Positions 14,501-26,691 of a stretch of 64,000 bases of DNA are shown here, in pieces. Source of the DNA: Lingula anatina (lineage: Eukaryota; Animalia; Brachiopoda); assembly GCA_051362555.1 (NCBI GenBank), contig CM120640.1, positions 9,238,001 through 9,302,000 of the forward strand, read 5' to 3'. The position numbers and the translations under genes were made by a program. Within the stretch, counting starts at the first letter, position 1; the number at the start of each line of letters is the position of its first letter. Below the pieces are notes generated by a model, which saw only the letters and a list, made by a program, of their open reading frames with translations, was not told the DNA's origin and searched no databases.

Positions 14501-17500
14501 ACAATAAAACGCCACCTGGTTTTGATGCGCTGAGAAAATTTGTTGAGGTATATGAAGTACATGTATATTCTGCTTACTCAATTAGATTATTTCAGGAATT
14601 ACCTTTTTAAAACCAAGGCTTAGTCAAATACCTTGAATTGATTATTTACTTGTTGGCAGATAATATCGACCTTAATAATTAATATTTGTAGGTATAACCC
14701 GCTTACATTCTATCACATAATACGTACATATCTTTACTTGCAAATCATTACGTTATCTGATACACTGTAGATGTTCATATGTTAACAGGCAAATCTGTAA
14801 TGTTTAACGAAAGTCATCAGAATGGACTGCACGATGTTGGAACTGAATTACATGGCTTAATTTGATCTTGTAACCATCTATTGATTCTAAAGCTGAATTA
14901 CTTCTGTAGGAGGAAAAAACGAAAGCTGTTACTTTGAAACACTACGCCATCTGGGACTTGTTTCGGACACCGCAGCTGGCAAAATACACTTTGGTTCTCA
15001 TGTTTAACTGGTAGTTGCGTTTAACTTGTGCTTTTTGTTTTATTAGAATAATAGACAGAAGTATGTCAATTTGGATTGCTTTCTCGTTACTATAGGCCCT
15101 TAACAATTTTTTATTGTGTAAATAATAGCAGTGTATGGATCTTCCAAAAGATTAGTTATTAACCACTTTTATATGTCTATAGGTTCGTGTATTCTATGAC
15201 ATTTTATGGATTATCGCTTAATGTGAAGCTGTTGCCCGGAGATTTGTATGTCAACTTTGCTCTAATGTCAGCGATTACGTTAGTGGCAGCCCTTGCTGTT
15301 TTTTTGACCGCTAACCGGTAAGTCTATCTTCGTTTTTGTAAAGATAACGTGTAAAGATATACACCGATGCTTGTTTGTTGCTATAGGCTTATGCACACCG
15401 TGATTTGACAAATGCTTTTAAATGGGCGTTAAAATCTGTTTTGATATCCGAGCAACTGGGGTTGTGATTTAAAATTTGTTTACTTGTTATTGTGTCGATT
15501 GATGCCAAAAAATACGTAGACGTTCACACCAAAAATTGCCAATGAAATAATTCATTTACATTAATATATTCAAGTTTGCTTTTAGAGCAGTAGTGATGCT
15601 CTTAGTACTTAAAATTAATATACAAGTTTAGTTTATAATAATAATAAACAGCTCATATATATATTCGGTGCCCAATCTAAGGCTACTATTTACACTAGTA
15701 ACTACGTGTATTTCGTTTAGGATTGGCCGCCGGATGGTGATGTTCACATCAATGCTGTTCTGCGGGCTGGCTTTGTTCTCTGTTCTTTTCATTGGGTTAG
15801 CGGGTAGGTTACATTTACATGTGTATTTTGAATGTTGTGATTGCTGACTACTTCGAGTAGATGTTTTAAAATTAACCATCCTAATTTTGCGGTGAAATTT
15901 AGAACTTACATTATAATATATGAAGCACCTTTAAGTCCCCATTCTCAGTTTTTTAGCGCTACCTCTTTTTACATAGACATCCATGATATATGCTGTGCCA
16001 CTGATGGATCCAAGCACGAGAACAAAATATTAAAAATCGTTAACTAAGACAAAATTTATTATAATATGTAGGGTGCAAGGCTGGGGAATGCTGGATTTGT
16101 TTGATTTCGCTCGATATACTGTTTTGTTTTTGGGAGGAATTAAAAGGGAGAAATGGCTACCTCACAAATTAAGGAAAAGGTACATACCAGCTGTGGCCTC
16201 TCCAGGATCTGCAGTTCAAAATATTTTATTAAAGACGTTCAAAAATGAAGGATGAATCAACAAAGATAATTTGGAAGACTGTCAGAAAATATCTTTGGGT
16301 CCGCCCCTGATTTAACGTGGCGACTAACGTACATATTGTGAGCAAACCTATTGTAATAACAATTATTATCAGTGCAAAAAGTTTAGCAAAACTGCGTGCA
16401 GTAAGCACACATGTATGAGTAAATTCATAAAGAGGCCCTTTACGTCTATGCCTACTTTGCGTCTAAATAGGTTATTAAAGAATTTCTGCATTAAATTTCT
16501 GCATTAAATGTCATCAAATTTCCTTTTAAGGTAAAAATGATGAGCTTGGAACCCTAGTTACCGCCCTGGCTCTGATTGGCGAGTTAGGCGCGACTTCAGC
16601 TTGGTCCATTGGGTATCTTTACACTGTTGAACTCTATCCCACTGTTGTCAGGTTATCACATTTACAGTGACGATGTAACGAAACTAAGGTTCCGTGTTAC
16701 GGAAAGTCCGCCCTCCATTTAATTATTATGGTTAGGGTTAACCTGACCTAAGGCGGTCAAAATCTAGGGCGAGGCTTACCTGTACGAATGACTCTCTATC
16801 ACGGGGGACTTTCTGTCACGTTACAACGGCACACAGGGCTAAAGAACCCGATGTTCCCATGACAAGTATCAATTTTCATCAATATACATTTGAAACATGA
16901 CTTTGCTTTTCTTTTATTACAGTGATTTTCATTTTCCTTTTAATTTTGGTGTTTTATCATTTCTCTTCTTTAATTTTGTGCTTCTTACGATGCATGTCAA
17001 CCTTTCAACTTCAGTAGTTTTAATCAAAAAGAGTCTATGTTAGTAGTTAAAATGGGGGAATACGGTTATATTTTTAATGTACATTCTTCATTTTAGGAGT
17101 ATCGCCAGTGGGACTGCCTCTATGGCCGCTAGAATAGGAGGTGTGACGGCTCCACAATTTGGGCTCTTGGTAGGTGCTATTTTCGATAACTGTGGATGGT
17201 GATATTGCTTTGACAGTGTTAAAGCGAATTATTGGTCCCAATCTCCATAAAATCACACTATAGCTAGGCTTTACTTGTCAATTTCAACTTTAAAATATCC
17301 ATTTCAATCTATACGTTCTTTCAAATCATTGTATCTAATCAGTTGAATGTTTTCATATATTCCAATCCATCTATAGACATTATAAGTCTCACTGCATGAT
17401 CATTGTCATGTTTAAAAAAGGTCGTTAGACGTTTTAGTTTAATACAAAATTGGATATTTTAGATGTCTTAGTAGATACATATTTGTTATCGAGGCCAGTG

Positions 17501-17815
17501 TTGATTGGTCTGTTTCACCAACAGGGGACCATATCAGGACACCTACCATTCACAATTTTTGGAAGTTTTGCCCTGGCTGCTGCTTTCCTTGGTCTACTTT
17601 TGCCTGAAACCAAAAAGCGACACCTGTCGGATGCTCTTCCGGAATGTTCATTTTCTTGTTTCAACCCATCGACGGATAAACAGTCTGTCGAGACCGAGGG
17701 GATATCAGAGGAAAAAGAACTTGGAAAAAGTAGAGAGACTTTGGCTACTGAGATCTCGTTTGATGGCAGCTCCCCATCACCAAACACGGTTTCTTGCAAA
17801 ATTGAAAAATCGTAA
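11577..17815 (+). CDS. SLC22-family organic cation/anion transporter, copy A2; 11 exons, 557 aa, intact
   Basis: Exons 11577-11613, 12190-12464, 12977-13208, 13347-13539, 14415-14547, 14910-15010, 15183-15317, 15721-15803, 16531-16651, 17097-17169, 17525-17815 sum to 1674 nt with an open frame. Same motifs and intron phases as A1; tandem duplicate with a period of ~10 kb. Confidence 0.92.
12827..12937. mobile_element. 111-bp MITE with imperfect TIRs and AAACT target-site duplication
   Basis: caggtctacccaaccaccagac ... gtctggtagttgggtagtaggcctg is flanked by AAACT on both sides. Paralog A1 has the empty site acacAAACTggtttgg near 3001-3016. Confidence 0.75.
16669..16830. mobile_element. Small MITE-like insertion in A2 intron 9
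   Basis: Imperfect inverted ends (gacgatgtaacg / cgttacaacggc; acggaaagtcc / ggactttctgt). Absent from A1 intron 9. Confidence 0.5.
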
Positions 17816-19034
17816 ACTGTGTCGGCTTGGGCAATAGTTATTTTGATAAAAGAAAACATATATATAGCCATAGAGGTGATGAAAACGTTAGTAAATTAAT
17901 ATATCGTGATAAATCTGTGCCGAGAGCCGAAGTGACTCTTTTCTTTTGCTATATGTACAAATTATGTTGCAGGCCCAATTCCAATTAAGTAATATATCGG
18001 TTCAATTTCGATTGAGATAAATGTATTGTTTACAACATAATTCAATTTGCTAACCACAGTTAAGCAGCCTGTTTGGGGTTCACGTGTTAATTAAGCTTAC
18101 TGCTGGAGTGTGAAAAGTAGATTGTACGATGAAACTTGATTCAATGATTCAGTTGTTACAGGATGTTTCTTATAATACATTACTGTGGTGAAATAAAAAG
18201 AAATGCAAAGGAACTTGTAAAAAATTGCAAATTATTTTTAAAGGTAGAAAGACATAATGTTACTGCTATTAGAGAACCCGAATTTAAAGAAAAAATCGGT
18301 TGTATTAAGAAAAGAAAGATACTTTTTCTTTTGTGGTTTAATAAAAAAATTAAAAGAATTTTGCCACACAGAGATAATAAAGTTTAAAAGTAAAAAAAAA
18401 AAATGGCATTGCGTGTTTTCGATGTCCTACACTGTATAAAGGTATGGCAGGGAAAAGGCTATTCCATTTTTGCATTTTTGCAAGTGTAAAGGTGTTATGA
18501 ATTCCAAGTGTACTGCATTTAAGTCCGTTAACTCCGTACTCCTTGCCATTATGTCGCGATATGAACGCTTAAACTGGAACTTTTTCCAATCAATGGAGCA
18601 GCTAAATTAATGCATCCTCTCTTGTGACCTTTAGCGTTAAATATACATGTAATTATAAACAATGCATAGGAAAGTGACTTTCACGATTTTTGCAATCAAC
18701 AAAACAGCTGCATTTAGTTAATCAATTGTTGCATATATCAATTAACCGTTATCTTTACATTCCAAAAGAGTTATGCCATTAGCATCATATAGGTGAAGAT
18801 GCTTTAGCAGTTCAGCTATACATGTATACTAAAATAACTATTGCCAGCATGTAAAATAATGCATGAGAAATTCGAAAACTAGTATATGTACTGGAAAGCA
18901 GAAATAAGTCCCCTAAGACTACAAAACCAAGAAGTCAATTCTGTCATCCCCAGAGTGGCTGCAACGTACGAGGCTTCGTCTTAGTTCAAGAAAAGACATC
19001 CAGTGTTTTTTTCCTGTTTTCCTTTGCAGCGCTT

Positions 19035-19320
19035 ATCTTCCTCAAGATGAGTGTGTAATATACAGTGTTGATGAGATTGATGAGAATTTGCTATCTGTAG
19101 TGAGCATACAGTAGCAGGTGATAGACTAATCAGAATCAGAGCTGCCACTGCGTCTGATTCCAGCCTACAGCAGTTGATAAAAGTTAGGCAAGCTTGATAG
19201 CCCGAGAACAAAGTGAATGTTCCCACTGAAAAATATGGAAGATTGGCCATGAACTTGTTTAAACGGCATATTCCTCAGCCGATGCGACCAGAGGTGTCGC
19301 AGAACACCCAAACCCAATAT
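19035..19320 (+). mobile_element. Degenerate Gypsy/Ty3 LTR-retrotransposon pol fragment (RNase H-integrase linker)
   Basis: Frameshifted translation RAYL...RLIRIRAATASDSSLQQLIKV...*PENKVNVP...LFK..IPQPMR resembles the typical Gypsy pattern RAYL..RL..IR.AT..D..LQ.L..GWP..K..VP..IP..MR. Confidence 0.6.
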
Positions 19321-20939
19321 AGAGGTGCATTTCACATGCTGAAGTGTCCAAAATGAAATTGAATGAATTCAAAGTTGTATTAAATTTGTATATGTGTATA
19401 AAATAAAAATCCACGACTGTCTCAATTTTAATTTAATTGTTAATTTTGCCCATGTCTTAACATTATATAAAGACCCCTAAATGGTAACGTACGTTCCGAT
19501 AACGTAGCGTTCCGGGTGATTTCATTTTAATTTTTTTACCGCGTTCCGATATATATTTTGTAGGGATTCAGTCATGGAAAATGATACATGAAGTAAGAAT
19601 GTTTTTCATGAATTATTTTTAAACTGTAACTCAAGGGGCTTTGCGTCGTTGCTTAACTACGTTACGTATGTTCCCCAGAAAAATTGTCAGAAAGTTTCAT
19701 TTTGTTTGTCAAGCACTTGGTGTAATAGAAACAGTGTTTTCTGTTGCTGACCGAAAAATATATTGCGATTCCATTTTTGTTTGACATTTCTGATATAATG
19801 TATGGATCAAGAGTGGAAAATAGTTTATTTAATGTTTATTTTACTGTGGGCAGGGTGTGTTTTTCCCTTTTTTTATATTCAGTAACAAACAAACTTAAGT
19901 CGCTCGAAAAAACCAGTGATGATTGAATTTTCAAGGTGATTAAAATATTTCACAACTGGAAGTTTTGCATTTGTAGCAGTAAAGTGTGCTCCTTTTTTGG
20001 GACTAAACGACGACTTAGTGAAACTTTGATAAAAACTTCTTCACGTGAGACCCTAGAATAATCAAACATAGATTGAAATCTGCACACTAAATATTTTAAG
20101 AGCATGCCTGTGACCTCATTTGCACCTCTAGATTGGGTTTCAGGTGAGAAACCACATTGTAGTCACCAAGGAACACAAGCTAAGCAGCGTCTGATTGTTA
20201 TCACCTAACAATGTTTCACAATTAAACAACTTATGAAAGTACTTAAACTGTGCATCGGAGCTAAGATTAACGTCAGTTTGATGAGTTTTTATCATTACTA
20301 GAAGTAGTTGTATTGTTGTTGTTTTAATGACTTTATATTTTTATTTCCTTTCATTCTGATGAGCCGTAGAGCGCAATTGAATTGAATTGAATTGAATTTC
20401 ACGAATAACATGGACCTCATATCGAATGATCAAAAGTGCCTTCAAGTCAATTTTTGACTCTTTGGCACATTATGAAAATATACAACAACAACAACAGTGT
20501 CAAGCGCGGAGACAGCGGGTATCATTTATTAAAGACTGGACGGGTTTGAACCAGGTGCTCCGCATCGGTCATCCGGTCGCATATGGTGATGACACAGCAA
20601 TAACAAACACTGGTAATAAACAGCATGACATATATGTATACATCATATATGAGTTAGCATACCTCCCCAGTGACATGCAATGGCGGGTTAAACCTACAAC
20701 CTGGAAACAAAACCTGCTGACCTGTATACCAACATATCACATAAAGGGTAAACACATAGAAAACCACTTGTTCATGCATAAAACCAACTATGGCCACTAA
20801 AGTAATGTTTATACTGACAAAGGATGATGAAAACTGCTCTCTCCACGCCGTTTGCTCACTGCCATCACTAGTACTGAAACGAGGCTTACTTACTGCGAAC
20901 GAAAAATGTCGGTGAAAGGGGTCAGCCAGACACTTGCCC

Positions 20940-21145
20940 CCGGTAATTTGACTCTGATTTTAGAGTCAGATTGACTCCATGAGAGCCAGGGGGTGTTTGA
21001 CTCTGATAAGAGAGTCTAAAGACTCTGGTAGTGGGGTTATTTGACCCTTACATATAGGGAGTCAAATTAACTCCATGGAGGTCAAGGGGTGCTGGACTCT
21101 GACTAGAATTTTATTCTTATTTATGACTCCAATTTTATTCTCAGT
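20940..21145. repeat. Array of short inverted GACTC/GAGTC motifs (MITE-like remnant)
   Basis: Recurrent ttgactc / agagtc motifs in both orientations. Confidence 0.4.
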
Positions 21146-21509
21146 GAACGTTACTTGTGACAGTGAACGTTATTCGTTTTTTATACCGCTGCAAAATCTC
21201 ATATGGAATTTGTTTCAGTGTGCTACAATCCTGGTTCAGATCTCTCACCATGGCTCCACTCTCGGTATTCACCCCTCAGGCCGCAGACCTGAAATCAATG
21301 GTGCTACATTGGGACATATTTTATATTCAAAGAATGTAGCTATTCATCAAAGGACTGTCCGCAGTTGATGTACGTTATTGTGTACTTTACACAGATCGGA
21401 TAAAAGGGGTGACTAACACTGAGAGGCGTACATATTGCAAAGTGTGAGTTTTCAGTAGAAAAGTAGTTTACTAGTACGATATTAGCGCCGAGATCGAGGA
21501 AGCAATACC

Positions 21510-22228
21510 ATGAAGGACGCTAAGGCAGTTGCTTTGCTGCTCATGGCAGTGATAGTATTTGGAGCCATTGCCGAAAATGAAGCGCTTTGTAAGTGACTGC
21601 GTTCTAATTGCAAATTAACTCCTCTCTTACGATGCTTAATTGTCATTATCATTATTGCCGATAGTGGTGCGTTGCGTTGCTTTTTCGATTGCAAACAAAG
21701 GTCTTTTTATTATTATTATTGTTGTTGTTATTGTTGTTATTGATGGTTGTGGTGGTGTTCTTGCTGGTGCTGTAATTGTTAATGTTGTTACCTTTTTTAT
21801 TTTGTGCATTTACAGTTTTTGGCAAGAGAGCAGACATAGAAAGAAAAAACATTTTAAACAGTAAAATGGTAAGTTGTATTATTTAGAAAAGATGCAGCGT
21901 CTATAAGGGATGTTGAATAATCTGAATGTGCAGTTATATGGATTTTGCAATTAAATCAAATCATCCTAATATCAAAATGAAAATGTTGTTATGTGAATAT
22001 ATTTTAAATGATGTACCTTAGCGATTATCGGTAAATTGTTGATAAAGTTTTGGGTATGTGCATAGACAGATACACAGATCAAATTCAAGACTCAATCACA
22101 GCGACATGGTCAATACAGCAGTGTGTATTTCCTTGCAGGTGAAAAAGCGGGACTTACAGCAGCGCTTCCGAAAAAACGATGCCGCCATCAAAACCGCCTG
22201 GGAAATGATTTGGAGAGGAGAAAAATGA
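21510..22228 (+). CDS. Small secreted peptide precursor, copy P1 (73 aa): MKDAKAVALLLMAVIVFGAIAENEA-LFF-GKR-ADIERKNILNSKMV-KKR-DLQQRFRKNDAAIKTAWEMIWRGEK
   Basis: Exons 21510-21588 (gtaagt donor), 21816-21868 (tacag / gtaagt), 22139-22228 (ttgcag). Context accATG, hydrophobic signal peptide, GKR amidation/cleavage site, KKR site, AATAAA at ~22392. Splice sites are conserved in three copies. Confidence 0.8.
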
Positions 22229-24501
22229 GATCTTACGATACGAAACCGTAACCTTCAACGTTTTCTCAACGGATTTCTACCCATTATTTGAGACATGTAA
22301 ATGTTTTTAAAATGACATTAATCTTTCTATTGGATAATAACTTTGCACGGCAATACGTGGATATGCGATTTTCATTTACAACAATAATAACAATAAACAA
22401 TGATAGCAGTCCTTCTCATCGAGATTTACACGTGAACTCATGATTTCTTTCATTTTGTTTGGATATTTGACCTTCGACAATAACGCACTGGCTTATTTTT
22501 GTTATTTACATACATGTACCAAGCAGAAAAATAACTTTCAGCAAGTTGTAGCTCATTTTATTTTCCCCAGTGTCTTGTTGTTTGCTTTCCAATAATAATG
22601 AGAATATTACTCCCATTGATTCAAAAGATTTCGCATTTGCAAATTTAAGAAATTGGGTTAATTGTATTATTCCTGGCTTTATACGGTCAATGTACGCAGA
22701 TTATACTGAGTCTCCAGTTAACGTAATAAAGGGAAGTTTGGCGTAGACAAACGATGTTTTATTGATTTCATGGGCCGTTGCGAACTTTCATTAGCGGGGG
22801 GAAACGGCATCTGGTATTACCAGGTTAGGAGCGTAAACAAGGTATTGACATCTGGAATTCACTGTATTAAGGTAGTAATTAACAGTAAATTGTCAAAATT
22901 TGGGTGTTTTTCTGAATTTGTCAGTATTAGATAGATGAAACATCAACTACATATCAGCCTATCTTAAAATAATGGAAGTTTACAAATAAACCCGTAATTT
23001 TAGCCTAATTGCTGATTTACCCCTGTGGTAGCGTGTCTGAGTTTTGAAGTAGGTCACACTTGTCCATATATGTGTTTGATTGGCAGCTCAACTGTGCAGC
23101 TGTATATTTCCCGTACTAGATTGCTGCTAAGCCTTTCACATTCTGTGAGTAACGTCCCGCTTTCACTTGCCAAACAATACTTTTCATTTTGAATTTATCA
23201 GTGAACTTAATCCTGACGATCTATTAAAGCTTTAAAAAGCAGACATATAGATAAGACGTATATGGGCAAAGGCACTCCCCCTAGGTGTCACGTGGTGAAG
23301 AAGGCTGACGTCACGACTAACATGGTGGCTGCTGTCAATGCATGGAGGGGGCCTCTGGTTGAAAATGTTCAATAATAATGTTGAAAATGGATGAAAGACA
23401 TAGTGACAGTTACATAGGCAGTGAGTGGAGGGCTGAACCAGTATAAATAACTAAATTTCTCAGCTTGCCAATGCAGCTCACTGATTATATAACGTTGGAA
23501 TCTCCGGGGAGCACTAAAAGGCTGATTTCTCCGCTTCAGTTTATGGCTTCAAGAGAACGATTTAGACCAGTGTCAAAATTAATTAGAACTCTCAACCGAT
23601 GAAAGCTGGCATTCATTCATTAGATCTAAGGTTTGCCTGAAATCATGTGTCTGGGATTTCATAACATCAGCTCTGTTTTCAACTTACGCGTGCTTTACCT
23701 AGGCTAGGGGGTCTCGTTGAACTGGAAACCAGGTTTATTTTGACATCTCTGCTAATTTAACAGATATCGCTAATTTGAGGCGCATTCTTGTTGATCCCAG
23801 TGAGGGCTCACGAGTCAACCTGTCTACACATGTCCATTTGTAGTGGACTTCTAGTTTTTAAGGTGTAAAGATCATGTTGAGCACACCTATTAAACATTAT
23901 ATCTCATTACGTAACGATTACATAATAAAATAAGGATATGAAATGAAGAGCTGTTGAAATAAGCTTTCTATTGATATGTAACATGTTGGTATATCTTGGG
24001 CGGTTTAGAAGATAGCTACCCCTGTTAATTACATCCTTAAGCTCCTTGAAATTTATCTGTCCATCGGGGAGACCCGGCAGCTTTGAAGCGTCACTTTTGC
24101 TGAAATTTGCAGCACTAAATCCGGGACTCTCTTTCAGGCACGCACTGCCGCATTTATTCAGTAAACACTGGTACTAGGCCTCACTTTGCTATAAGTTCTT
24201 TGCGGAAAGCATAGCATTCAAGATTGATTATACAAGTTGCTCCTCGCTGGAAATTTTTTCGTTTGGTCTGTGACTGTTTACTGCTTTACTTATTACGAAT
24301 TCGTTTGTGCGACTCTGGGATCTAACCCTAGCTTGAATAGACTTTATTGAGAAACGGAACATTCACCATTGCAATTTATCGGTTTTGTTTGAGGGACTCA
24401 CGGATCCAACCTAGAAGGAGACTCGTACGTGAAGCGGATCTTTCATTTTACAGGTAAGATTTTCTTTTCATTACATTTAAGTTATCCTTGATCAGTTGGC
24501 C

Positions 24502-25080
24502 ATGGCGGTCCTTATAATCGGCCACTCCTTCGTATATAGGCTACGTTCGTATCTTGACCAAGGTCGGGACGGGCGTACGGAGAAAGATTTTGGATTTCCC
24601 AATGTTGTACACTGGCACGGTGTGGGAGGCCGTACGGTCCCGAAACTAGTCAGGTATGACTTGGGTGTCCTTCGCCGGGTCCGCCCCGCCTTGGTTATAT
24701 TGGTAATTGGGTCGAATGACCTATCTGACTTGAACATTTCTCTGTTTGATATAGGTAAGAGCATTGAAAGCCTCGCTCGGAGCTCTCACGAGGAGTTCGG
24801 CATTTCTCACATAGTGGTGAATCAGATTCATCACCGGCTCTGTCTCCCCTATTCGGACTTCAACGATCAAGTTGATCAGCTTAATATTTTTCTTTCAGAC
24901 ATTGCCCAGAGACATTCGTTTATTTCTTTTTGGAGGAATGTCGGTCTAAGCAATCCGTCCTGGCTACACATAAAACCGGACGGGGTCCATCTGTCTGAGG
25001 TTGTGCAGTACAAACTTTACCGCAGTTTGCGAGGCGCTATTATCAGGAAGGCATCTCGGCTTAGAATTACTCTGTGTTAA
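24502..25080 (+). CDS. SGNH/GDSL-type hydrolase (192 aa, intronless), transposon-borne
   Basis: All four SGNH blocks are present: IIGHS (Ser), GVGGRT (Gly), VIGSND (Asn), PDGVHL (Asp-x-x-His). ATG at 24502 in a gccATGg context. Confidence 0.85.
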   Translation: MAVLIIGHSFVYRLRSYLDQGRDGRTEKDFGFPNVVHWHGVGGRTVPKLVRYDLGVLRRVRPALVILVIGSNDLSDLNISLFDIGKSIESLARSSHEEFGISHIVVNQIHHRLCLPYSDFNDQVDQLNIFLSDIAQRHSFISFWRNVGLSNPSWLHIKPDGVHLSEVVQYKLYRSLRGAIIRKASRLRITLC

Positions 25081-25339
25081 TTATCTTTCAGATGCAAGCC
25101 GTTCATATTCATTTTTGCCGGGACCAATAGTTTTGTTTTCGTTTCAGTTATTGTATTTTCCTTCCCCGGCACTGGGGTGATGTCCATGCCTTTATATCAC
25201 GCTTTTAGCCTACAATTTTCATGACTCCAAATTTTTCTAATTAAGGAAGGTAGAATGGAGAGCTCTACTCCTCGCTGAAGGCCCGTCAATGCAAGGAAAA
25301 GAGCATACCTCCCCCTCCCATAAAATTAGGGAGTTAGGT

Positions 25340-26691
25340 GTGAGATAATACACTGTCACCCGAGCGATATATGCCATAACACCTCGAGCGTCAGCGAGAG
25401 GTGTTCATGGCATATATCGCGAGAGGGTGACAGTGTATTATTTGACATACATACCGAGAAAAAATACAGTCATTTCATCCTAAAACACCCCTAAAACCGA
25501 ATAAAGTGACCCTATATCACGCTGTAGAGATGTTATACGGAATAAACTCGTCCACGTGCGCTGGTCACCTCCAGCATAATTCTTACGTAATGTCTGACCA
25601 ATTTGGTCAATTTTTGTTAAATACTTGTCGTGGACGTTCATTTGCTTGAAAAGTATTTAATCAACCGTCGACACTGACCATGCGCGTCTCAGCTGAGCCA
25701 CACCTAGCTGGGACTGCTGCGGAAAAAAGGCCCCAAGGCAAAACCTCTACTTTTTAGTGACATTTCTAATAAAAAAGGAGCGTCGGACCGGAATATAGTC
25801 AAACTAATTTTTCACAAGTGCAAAGGAGAATGAAATTTACTTTTTGGTGATATTTCTGACAACGAGGCAGTTTCGGAATATAGTCAAAATCGACGGATGT
25901 TTATAACAAGTTCACGGGAGTAATAATTCTAGTATTTTATTGTTATTTCTGACGACGAGGCGGTTACGGAATATAGTCAAAATCAAACGGATGTTTATTT
26001 CAAGTCCACAGGAGTAATAATTCTACGTTTTGGTGACATTTTTTACTGCGAGGCGGTTTCGGAATATACATGTGCTGGTTTTCAGAGCATTCATGTGCTA
26101 TATGTAATTACAAGTTCGAAGGGGGAACACATTTGATTTTTACCAATATATCTGATAAAGAGGAAGAATGAACAGCTTAAAAACAAAAGGTAAATAATAA
26201 CACAACCCTCGTTAAAAAATTATAGATTTACAAATAATTTGTATACACGTGTGGCTTCAATGTTAACTAATTCCCGTTTTCGAACCATACCCATATGACA
26301 TGACTTAATGTAATAAAATGATAATTAATAATTGTTAAACGTGAAAAGTTTATGCTAATTTTTTAAGGGTGTGAGAGATTTTAAATTTGTCTATTGGTAG
26401 GTATATAACGTAAGCAACGTCACTATTCTCTTGATGCCAAGAAGGTCACACGATCACTGTCTTTGGCTTTCAGCATTTAAGAGACCTCGACTGATTTAAC
26501 CAAGATGTAGTCGTGAAATTCTAGACTACATCGAGGTTAAATCCGTGTTCTCCGAGAGACGCTACGCAGAAATGTCGAGTGAAGCGAGACATTTTTGGTA
26601 GCGTCTCGAGGTTGCCCTCGATCTTCACTGAAGCTTGGCTAAATGGACAGGCTTCAGTGATCATCATATCGCCACGGTCATATAACATCCC
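25340..26691. mobile_element. Non-autonomous element without TIRs, with subterminal hairpins, flanked by TAGGT direct repeats (Crypton-like?)
   Basis: TAGGT at 25335-25339 and 26692-26696. Hairpins at 25345-25441, 26493-26543 and 26556-26607. Internal ~88-bp tandem repeats at 25790-26070. Confidence 0.5.

Noticed and set aside
17505-17871. Alternative-frame and antisense ORFs over the last SLC22 exons (also 7736-7975, 52945-53322, 56333-56623)
   Set aside because: By-products of real coding exons; no independent start or splice support.
24502-25080. Horizontal transfer of a bacterial GDSL lipase
   Set aside because: The intronless state and GHS-type block I are adequately explained by a retroelement-borne SGNH domain; there is no other bacterial-like sequence. 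A phylogeny would be needed to revisit this.
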